NCBI GenBank assembly: GCA_973895155.1
Contig: OZ316892.1
Coordinates: 24,499,971-24,563,970, forward strand
Source of the DNA: Marsupella aquatica
Taxonomy: Eukaryota; Plantae; Marchantiophyta
Length of the DNA stretch: 64,000 nt
Direction: 5' to 3'
Shown here: one piece after another, positions 14,148 through 23,697 of the stretch
Layout: every line of letters starts with the position of its first letter
Numbering within the stretch: the stretch's first letter is position 1
The notes under the pieces: model-generated
What the model was told of the DNA's origin: nothing
The model's input: only the letters and a program-made list of their open reading frames with translations
The model's database searches: none
Made by a program: the position numbers and the translations under genes

Positions 14148-17100
14148 CTGCAAATTTCACAACCCAATGTAAGTTTTCACCTACGGCAACATAAACTGCA
14201 ACCAGACGGCACATGCTCTTGAACTGAAGAAAAGGAGCTTTGGCGAGTAGTCCCGTGAGAAACTCTTGTGTACCTTCTTTTAAGAGCTCAGTCACGAATG
14301 ACACTCGTAGATACAACAAGCGTTTAGCTTAACCTGGAGGACTACGGTAGTGGTCCGGACGAAAATGGACACTACCGAAATGAGTATCTAAAACCCATCA
14401 ACAAATACACGAGGACCCTAAAGGTTGTTCCAATGAGCTATTAAACCCGTCAAGCCATCGATATTGGGGGATATGATAGAACGAGCGGAACTCAAGGCAC
14501 TTGTAACTTGGATTGTGCAAACAGTGAAAGCAGGTTTAAGTTTTACCAACAAGTCGTGGTCAACCACTGATTGCAATATATGCCCAATCTCAAGTTACTT
14601 CCAGTCCTAGGCCTAGAGGATTGTGCAAGGTGGAGGTGCCTTCAAGCCCCCTTTGGCCAATGATCTGCAGGTAAATAAATTAGGGATTCTCTGGGCTTCG
14701 TGGATTCAGGAGTCGACCTCTCTCCCTCAGAAGATTACACTTCTGCCGTGTGGTACAACTGAAAATGCTTAATGAACGTCTTTTGATTGTTGGTGGAGCT
14801 TTAGACCACTAGAGGGCAATCACCTACCCATAGTGCGGGGACATGAAGGAGTTACGCGAGATGATGTGCTCGAAATTCTGAGGCTTGCTTACTATCCTTG
14901 AGAATTGGTTTATGCTCCTTTGATCAATAGAATTGCCCAAATCTTTCGGTAACGTTGCCTGAGCAGCTGGAGCTAGCCCCTTTGCCTCGATTACAGGAAC
15001 GACCACAAGTGGCGAGATTTGAAGTTCTGCTATGAAAAGCTGTCACAGGAAACAATTCTACATTGCTTAGGAAATTGCAGACACAGACATTTGCAATTTT
15101 TTGGATTGCATCCTCACGTGGCACCTCTTGCAAAGCAACCTTGAAACCTCTCTTATCGTGTGGCAGATCCACCTATGGACAGCGCACAAAGAACAATCTT
15201 CACATTGCTGTCATTAAAAGGTCAACTAAATTGAAGAAGACAGGAAGCACTTAAGGGCCTCTGTGGATTCGGATAGGGCTTTGGCGAATCTACCTGCACT
15301 CCTTGCCAAGCTCTTCAACAATGACAGTGAATGACTCTGGATGAGGAGCTTTCACACTGATGGGTGGACAACAAGCCAAGATCACATTGCAACAAGGGTT
15401 TTGACAGAATTGCACGAGACTGAGAACAAGTCCTCCAATTCGGTGCAGTGCATGCACACACCAAGGAGCGGTACTGTACCGTATCTACAATGCCTCCGAA
15501 TTCGGCCAACGTTGAGTAATAATGTTACTTCATTATGCACAGCTAGCGAGAATTTGGAAGGAAACTTTCGATTCATCCAGCTACAGGAAGTTGTGGCAGT
15601 GATCTAAGGCTCGAGGAGACTGAGATGCCCACAAACAATGGGATTCAGGATTTCATCATCCCCACAACCAAACACCCCGAAAGAATTGAAGGCAGCGATA
15701 GTAGGATGAGGACGGCATTCACCAGTTGAGGTGCCACAAGGCTCCGACCGAAAGTGCCCACGAAGAAGAGGCCAGGAGCGAGCATTTCCCACGAAGAAGA
15801 AGCTGAGTGATTTGTGCGCCTTGTGTCTCTCTCTCCGAGGCTTCCTTTCCTGTGTTCGCGTGTCTTCAATTCGAAGTGGTGGGTTTTGAAGCTGGCTTCC
15901 TCCCTCCACTAAGGTTGTCAATTCCTGTGTCCAATTGTCATCGCTCAGATGGCTATCGCTCAGGTGGACACTTTACTTCCCAATTCCTCAGTGCTTACTA
16001 TGCTAAGAGAAATTTGCTTGATGGAGGTGTTGATGGGCCAGACTTTAGAAAATTTACTTGATTGGGTGTGTTTTCTTTCTTGTTATTGTTTGTGTGTGTT
16101 GGGGGGAGGGGCTACCATACTAAGAGAAAATTGCTTGAAGGAGGTGTTGATGGATCTCAAAATTTACATAAATGTGTGTGTGTGTGTGTTTTGGAAGGGA
16201 GAGTTTACTTTGTTAACAAAGTTGCTATTAAAATGTATTCTGACCGGCTCATAGTGGTCTCCAAACTTTTTTGTTTTGTTTTTGTTTTTTTTGTTTTTTG
16301 ACTGGCTCAGAGTGGTCTCCAAACTTGGGGGCCCCCATCAAGAAAAGGCTTTGCACTTGTACTTTTGGGGGGTTTTGGGAAGAAGACGGAAACCCCACCC
16401 TAGACAAACAGCCATGCAATTGGCAATAAGTCTCGTGCAGGGGAAAACCTATCAATTTGTTTATACAGCTTTTTACTAACCTGTCCCCCTAACTGCTTGA
16501 AATTCATATCCTGCCCCCCAAAAAGATTTATTTGCTAACATGCCCCCCTTTTCGTATATGGGTTACTTTTAACCCACCATTGGGTTCCGCTGCCATGTGT
16601 CAAGGCGCAATTTGACGTCACTAACCGGCCCGGGATTGACCTTTCCCCCTCCCTGCCTCATCTCGGGCCCTCGCTTACTTTGCCGTCGCACCATTTTTCT
16701 GACAGGTCGCTCTAAGCCCCCCGAACCCCCACTCTTTGCCTCCCGAACCCCAATCTCCACTTTCGACACTTTTTCTGACTCTAAATGTTTTTGCCTCTCA
16801 AAGTTAGACTGTCCCCCTCGCGAACGCTCGTTTTCACTGCCCCTCGCAAACTCCCGTTTTAACTGCCCCTCGCTCGACGTTATTCCTGGTGGCTTGCGAA
16901 TGCATTTCTTGGTGGCTAGCGACGTTTTTGGTGGCTCGCGATGTTTTAGCTGGTGACGGATGTTGTTGGGTCTTGAGCCGGCGTTCAAGTCCTTTCTCCA
17001 TCGAGGCTAGGCTTTCTAGATTGACTGCAGCTTTGAGGCGACGCAGCGGGATGGACAGTCAATGTTGTTAGATACATATGCTTTTGACTGGACAATGGCA

Positions 17101-17399
17101 AAAAATCAAGATCGATTATTCTAATTCTACTGTTCTCTGTGCTACCAATTCAAATTTGTGAAGGAAGTTCCAGGGTGAGACGGCATGCTCAACACATTGT
17201 GCCAACTGAAACTCAATTTCTGCTCTATTTTGTTGCTGCTCTGCTGCCGATCACACTTGCATTTTACTCTCAAAGTTGCATTTTGTTTTGTGGCCGATTG
17301 TGAAGCTGTGAATCTATGTACTATGAAATAGTATGCAATGAGCTAAATTACAGATTGAAACATGATTGTCAGTGGGAATTTGTGTCTTATATAGGTACT

Positions 17400-19435
17400 A
17401 TGGAAGCACAACCAGCTGTCCACTTGAAAGTCGGGACCACATTTGAGAGTTGGGAGGACTTGAAGAAAGTCATTGTGGATGAGGGAGTGAAAACTGAGAG
17501 AGTCCTTGTCACCCAGAAGAAGGACCATACCAAGTGGAAGGTAAGATGTCGAATGAATCATGAGAGCTATGAAAGACAATGCCCTTGGCGCCTTAGGGCA
17601 ACAAAGAAATCCAGATCTGAAACTATAACCATAACAGTAGCTAACCTGGAACACTCTTGTGAAGCAGCAGATCATTACCATCGGAGGATGCATTCTAATT
17701 CAGACAGGCTTGCTGACCGCATACTGGACATCATTGGTAAGAATCGCCAGACTAGACCTTCATTCTTGAGGGATTCAGCCCAGGCGCTAGTCCATCCAGA
17801 TATTAAATACCACACTGCATATGCTGCCAAGCAACGGTGTCTGAAACGTTTAGATGGTGACCAGACAGAGTCCTTTAAGTTCATCCCTGCCCATTGCCAC
17901 CACATCCTTGAGCGTGACCCAGGGGCATTTGCTAAGTACAGGGCTCCTGGTGGTCGATTGGACATGTTGTTTGTTTGCCCTTCAGCTTCCAAGGAAGCAT
18001 ATCGTCATTGCAAACACATGGTGGCCCTGGACGGCACCCACACACGATGTATGTATCCTGGAGTTTTACTCCTGGCTACCACACTTGATGCCAACAACAC
18101 TGTCATTATACTTGCTTACTGTTGGGTGCCATCAGAAAATGAAGAGAACTGGATGTTCTTCTTGAATTTGATACGAGATGCCATTCCAGACTTGTGCAAG
18201 GTAGGTACTGTGTTTATTTCAGACAGGGAAAAAGGGTTGACTGATGGGGTGCCACGGATTTTTCCCCATGCACATCCTGCATATTGCACATGGCACCTTG
18301 CAGAAAATGTGCATAAACACTACGGCAAGGAAATCAGGAAATTGTTTGAGTCCTTGCCTTATGCTGTAACTCCAACAAAGTTCCAGCTGACATTGGAGAA
18401 GATTGAAGCAAAAAACCCGGCCGCTGCGGAATACATTGGAAAGACAGCTGACCCTAAATTTTATTCCAGAGCATTCTTCCCTGGTCGAAGGCAAGATTTT
18501 CTTCTGCCCACAATCACAAGCTTCTACCCACAATAGTTTTCTTTCTTTTATTGATTCAATTGTGTCCTTTGTGATTGATGCTGCCAATTTTTTTTGTACA
18601 TTTCATAGTGATTGTGAGCAATGTGCAATCTGGTTGTGGCAGGTGGGGCCATGAAACTTCACAGCAAGCGGAAAGTAGTAACCGAGCTTTCAAACCCCAG
18701 CGGCAAGAGGTAACGCTGAATATGTCCTCTCAGATTTGGGATTATATCATGGTGAAGTATTTTGAAAAACGAGAGTTGGCTGCAAGTGTTACTACTCCAT
18801 TCCCACCCAACATTATGGCATACTTGAGGGAGACTGAAGAGAAAGCCACTCACCTTACTGCCCACCCTTCCAATGCAATTGAGGTTCGAATTACCGATGC
18901 CAAAAATATTCAGTACCTTGTGAAATTCGAGCTTGAGTGGTTTTGCAGTTGTGGTGAGTTCCAAGACACTTTGTTACCTTGTGTTCATGCCTGGCGGGCC
19001 TTGACCAGATTGTGTAAAAGACATTACGATTATGTTTCCCCATTCTATACAACAGACACATTCCGTGCGACATATGAGGCACATCTTCCAGCCTTACTGA
19101 GGAGTGAATTGCTGCCAGACCCCAATTGTGGGCCGCCATTGAAGAAACGAAGGAAAGGACGTCCAACAGAACGACTTCGGATGCAATTTCAAGGTGAGGA
19201 AGTTTGTAGGCTTCCCAGGAAGTGTGGTGTATGTGGTGAGCGAGGCCATGACAAAAGGAGTTGCCCTGAGCGAAATGCAGCAAGAGAAGCTGTGAGATTG
19301 AATGCTAAAAAGAGCCTTCACAGTGTGGACACAAACAATAGTGACAATGATAGTGACAGTAGTCAAGAAAGCTTTGACATCGGAAGCTTCTCTCAATTGC
19401 TTGAGATAGTCGAATCACAGAGATCAAACTTGTAG
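17400..19435 (+). CDS. MuDRA-like transposase, ~627 aa, with one GC-AG intron at 18491-18642
   Basis: N-terminal MuDR-type motif (VGTTFESWEDLK...CPWRLRA...HSC). Catalytic core ALDGTH...ISDREKGL...CTWH...AESSN. SWIM finger CSCGEFQDTLLPCVH and zinc knuckle CGVCGERGHDKRSC. Splicing AG|GCAAG...GGCAG|G joins ORFs 17316-18536 and 18575-19435 in frame (PGRRWGHETSQQAESSN). An alternative upstream ATG is at 17316. Confidence 0.93.
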
Positions 19436-19725
19436 GCCAATGTAGTTTAAATATAGATGTAATTGACATTGCTCCAGGAGTGAGTGGCTTTAGAAGGGCA
19501 CTATGGCCTGTATAGACACTCTGTTGTAACAGCGAAACTTGTGGGACAATTGCAATATATTTGGGCACTTGAGATCAAACAGATTGAGTATATTGCAAAG
19601 TTGACTCTGAGTGAAATACAGACTGAAACAGAAGACATTTGAGTACACAATTGTATATTTTATTGCATGAAAGTTGAATCTGCATCAAAGCTTACAACTG
19701 CTTGGGAACTCAAAAGAACTACAGC

Positions 19726-20316
19726 CTACTTAGATCCCCAACTACCTCGTGCTCGTAAACCGTTGTGCATGTACTCTACTGCCTCCGCCCTAGTCTTAAA
19801 AGATTTGAACTTGCAATCACTAAATCCCCACACTTGTTGATTAAATTCATCCCATGTCTCATAAATCCCAGGCTGAAATCCACGAACTACAGCATAAAAT
19901 TTCCGCTTTTGCCCAGCTTTCCATGCTGTTGTTGGGCCATTGACATACTGAACCTGGGTCCCTGGGCCCATCGAAGCTGTAATTGGCCTTGGCTCTGGAA
20001 GTTTGCCAATGCAAGGTGCTGCTATTGGTGCCAAAGGCATTGGTAATGCATCTTCAACCTCTAACTTCATCCTCTGAAAGCTCTGCACTTCTCCCTTCCC
20101 AAGGTCACTCATGATTTCTGTAGGCATTTCAGGTGCAGAAGGTGCAGTGTCATGGAATGCTGCATCTATATAATCATAACTCTTAACACAACCATGTAGA
20201 TACTCTGTAGCACTGTCCAACGCCTTTGCAATGAATCGGAAGATTGAGGCAAGCAATGCAAATGCCAGCCAAATGCATATTGCAATTGCCTTAGCAGTAG
20301 TGGTCCACATTGCCAT
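19726..20316 (-). CDS. MULE accessory protein (196 aa): hydrophobic N-terminal helix plus C-terminal RNase H1 N-terminal / caulimovirus viroplasmin (Cauli_VI) hybrid-binding domain
   Basis: C-terminal KFYAVVRGFQPGIYETWDEFNQQVWGFSDCKFKSFKTRAEAVEYM fits the Y-A-V-x-x-G-x-x-x-G-I-Y-x-x-W...F-K-S-F-x-x-x-x-E-A pattern of that domain. The ATG is in strong context (gccATGg). The N-terminus reads AIAICIWLAFALLASIFRFIA. There is no RNase H catalytic domain. Confidence 0.82.
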   Translation of the reverse strand: MAMWTTTAKAIAICIWLAFALLASIFRFIAKALDSATEYLHGCVKSYDYIDAAFHDTAPSAPEMPTEIMSDLGKGEVQSFQRMKLEVEDALPMPLAPIAAPCIGKLPEPRPITASMGPGTQVQYVNGPTTAWKAGQKRKFYAVVRGFQPGIYETWDEFNQQVWGFSDCKFKSFKTRAEAVEYMHNGLRARGSWGSK

Positions 20317-22023
20317 GGCTCCTTCTTGGTCGCAGGTGACAATTGCTGTGAAATTACAAGGAGGCTAGCTCTCAATGAATGGTTCGCCTGCTGCAGGACT
20401 ACTTTGTCGAATAGCCGCTTATGCTACGTAAGATGGCAGGAAATGTTGCTCTTATGAGCCCCCACCCGACAATCAATCATGGCAGTTTCGCAACCTTATT
20501 TCCTATGCAAAAACAGCTTCAATCAAATGCAGGGCCGGGGCAAATGTGTACACATTCGCGAGCCACCAGCAAACGTCGAGAGCGAGTAACCGAGCAAAAA
20601 CGTCGCAAGCCACCAGCATTCACGAGCCACCAAGAAAAACGTCAAGTTTCACCACACAGCAGCCACCAGGATAAACGACGCCAGCCACCAGACAGCATTT
20701 GCAAGCAACCAGGAAACACGTCAAGAGCCACCAGACAGCATCGCGAGCCACATGGAAAAATGTTGAGAGCCACCAGCGAGTCACCGGGAAAAAATGTCGA
20801 GCGAGGGGCAGTGAAAACAAGAGTTTGCGGGGGACAGTCGCACGTTGAGAGGCCAAGCTAAATGTTGAAAGTGGAGATGGGGTTCGGGAGGGAAAGAGTG
20901 GGGATTCGGGGGACGTAGAGCGACCTGCCAAAAAAATGGTGCAACGGGGAAGTAAGCGATGGCCCGGGATGAGTCGGGGGGGGAAAGGTCAATCCCGGGC
21001 TGGTTAGTGACGTCAAATTGCGCCTTGACACATGGCAGCGGAACCCAATGGTGGGTTAAAAGTAACCCATATACGAAAAGGGGGGCATGTTAGCAAATAA
21101 ATCTTTTTGGGGGGCAGGATATGAATTTCAAGCAGTTAGGGGGACAGGTTAGTAAAAAGCTGTTTGTTTATAAGGTAAACAAAGGCGGCCCAAGAGGCCA
21201 TAACTTCTAGCAAAATCCTTTACAGAATAAACTGATTCAATTGGGGGCACACAAAAACCCTTGGGTCATTGTCTATTACTAGACCGAAGGATGTAGAGTA
21301 TGACATTGGGGGCAAAGCCAGCATAGGGGTGGAATGTGGCATTTGGAAGGGGGGCCAGACCAACATTGGGGTGACAGTGTTATTTGGAGGACTGCAAATT
21401 GTAATGTTTAATTTTTTTACTTTTTCTCCAGGGTGGCTCATGTGACCTTGTGTCTAAGAGAAGAGAAGATACTAAGAATATTAGTTATCTAATTTCCCAG
21501 ATTAATTTCAGACTGTTAGATCTCCCTAAATTTAAGGATAACCATCCTGATAATTTTGGTTAACAGGGTATTTGGCTAGGTGGGAAACCAGTCTGGCTAA
21601 TCAAAGACAAAAACACTGGTAAATTATTCCAAACCTAGCAAAAACAATTCAGTAAGGTGAAAATTAGCAAAATTTTGGAACTAAAAAATATTTAGACAAC
21701 AGTAAGTTTTAGCTGTTTTTTCAGGTTGGCAAATGTATTGTATGAATACACTAAGAATAGTGGCTACCAAGTTTTCTTAGAGTAATTTCTATCTATTAGA
21801 TCTCCCTAGACTTAAGAATAACTCATAGATTTGAGCTAATGGGGTTTGTGGCTAGGTGAGAAACAGGCTAGGATACAGAAAAACCTAGCTAACACTTTTC
21901 AGTGAGGAAGAATTTGGCAAATTTGCTGCCAGAAAAAACACTACAACCTCACTCTGTCCTCTCACATGGCGCTACATGGAGTGCAACATCTAACTAATAA
22001 TGCGCAATCATAAGCTACTCTAT

Positions 22024-22272
22024 GGATTGTTGGTCAATTGGCAAGGAGATTAGCTTGGACCCAAGAGGTCCCAGGTTCAAACCCCCCACCACACACAAGG
22101 GTGTGGAGGGTATGTGTGTGTATGTGTGGCCACGGTGTAGTGGTGGGAGTCATGGTTTCTTCTCAGCCCCTCGTTGGTCGGTTTTGGGGCCCTGGTTCAA
22201 CCCTCTCTTCCCTCCTGGTGTGGGTCCCTGTCGGATCCTTGGTTTTGCCCCTTGTGGCTACCCTAAATAAAA
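22024..22272 (+). mobile_element. tRNA-derived SINE-like element
   Basis: A-box-like tggtcaattggc (22031) and B-box ggttcaaacc (22074) at tRNA spacing, with a tRNA-Pro-like agaggtccc segment. No acceptor stem. A GT-rich body and a short A-rich end follow. Confidence 0.5.
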
Positions 22273-22665
22273 TTGCATGCTCAAGAGCAGGAAGTCAGCA
22301 GGAAGTCTATTCTCTGTTGGATGCCCCCACTTTCAGTTTTCAAGGCAAAAACAAAAGCTACTCTAACGGACCTAGTGTTTTGGAGTGAAGCCTCTAGACC
22401 AAAAATAGGAATAAGGCAAAGGGTCAGTGTTTTTTTAGTAGCATAAATTCACTAGATTCCACCTCTCCAAAAAGCTTTTGGCCACTTTTGGCACAATTCA
22501 GCTAGGTTTCTTTGTCCTATTAGCCAGTCCAACCTAGTCACTGGCCCCATTAGCCAGAATCTAATGGTCATCCTTAACTATAGGGAAATCTAAGGTCAGG
22601 ATAGATACACCCAAATCAGATAAAGATTATTATTAACATCTTCGCCTTCACACAAGCTGACATTG

Positions 22666-22820
22666 GCCATGCTACTGGGGCTAAAAAGGGAGAACCTTAT
22701 TGATTACACTTGCTGCCATGCTACTGGCGGAAAAGAGAAAACCTTAAAAGATTACACTAGCCGCCATGCCACTGGCGAAAAAGGGAAAACCTTAAAGATT
22801 ACACTAGGGATTACACTGGC
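22666..22820. repeat. ~50-bp tandem repeat, 3 copies
   Basis: gccatgc.actgg.g..aaa.ggaaaacctta.agattacact is repeated. Confidence 0.85.
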
Positions 22821-22867
22821 AATGATGAACAAGAAATAGTCTCAATTTTTTTTTTTCTGCAAGGTTT

Positions 22868-23180
22868 TCCCTTCTTCCATCTTCCCCATTTAAGTCGAAG
22901 GAACGGGTTAGTTGCTCGTAGATTTCATCTCCCCTTCTTCCACCTCTATTTTACGTCGAAGGAACGTTGAAGGAACGGGTAATCAGGCTACTTGCTGCTA
23001 GTACATCTCATTTCCCCTTCTTCCATTTCTATTTACGTCGAAGAAACACCCATCTCTATTTTATGTTGAACGGGTAATCAGGCTACTTGCTAGTACATCT
23101 CATTTCCCCTACTTCCATCTCTATTTTCGTCGAAGGAACCGGTAATCAGGCTAGATGCTCATAGATCTCATTTCCCCGTA
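22868..23180. repeat. ~70-80-bp degenerate tandem repeat, 4-5 copies
   Basis: cccttcttccatctctatttt.cgtcgaaggaacgggtaatcaggcta is repeated. Confidence 0.8.
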
Positions 23181-23259
23181 GTCAGTATTTTTCCCACAGG
23201 CTTTGCTTTCTGTCTCTGTCTCTCTCTCTCTCTCTCAGTGTATTTGACTGTGTTTGACC

Positions 23260-23697
23260 AGCTGCTCCTGTTGCACTTCCGCCTGCTCCTCTGCTCTTCT
23301 TTTTATTCTTCTTTGTCTGATGCGTCTGCACATTTTGGTGTTTTTATTTCAATAGCAGCCGTCAATGATCTCATCCCCATGCCCCCACAGTCAGTTTTTT
23401 TCTGAGGCATGCTCTTTCTCTTGCTCTCTGTGAATAGCTGCTGCTCCTTTTGCAATTCCGGCTCCTCTTTTATATGTTATTCTTTGTCTCGTGCTTCTGG
23501 ACATTTACTTTGTTGTCAATAGCAGCAATGAATGATCTCGTCCCCCTGCAGTCAGTTGTTTTCTCACTGGCCGGGGCATTCTCTCTCTTTGAATAGCTGC
23601 TGCTCTTTTTGCTCTTCCGCCTCCTCCGTTTCCTTTTCTGCTTCTGTGTCTCGTGCTTCTGCACATTTTGATGTTTTCAATAGCAGCGATCAATGGC
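23260..23697 (+). repeat. ~165-bp tandem repeat, about 2.6 copies, whose last copy contains the CABIN1 start codon
   Basis: agctgct.ct...tgtctcgtgcttctgcacattt...tcaatagcagc..tcaatg recurs near 23320-23370, 23485-23540 and 23645-23695. Confidence 0.85.

Larger units (their letters stand above)
16466..21162. mobile_element. Intact-looking autonomous Mutator-like element (MULE), 4697 bp, with two convergent genes
   Basis: TIRs start cagctttttactaacctgtccccc and end gggggacaggttagtaaaaagctg. The outer ~160 bp are identical and similarity extends to ~450 bp. Perfect 10-bp TSD tttgtttata at 16456-16465 and 21163-21172. Encodes a MULE transposase. Confidence 0.97.

Noticed and set aside
11041-15900. 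First impression of a degraded LINE/CACTA from many short minus-strand ORFs
   Set aside because: The fragments splice cleanly into NUDX14.
16569-17071. ORFs in the left MULE TIR and their mirror ORFs at 20421-20931
   Set aside because: They are by-products of GC-rich inverted repeats.
22024-22095. Functional tRNA-Pro gene
   Set aside because: No acceptor-stem pairing and no poly-T terminator; treated as SINE-like instead.
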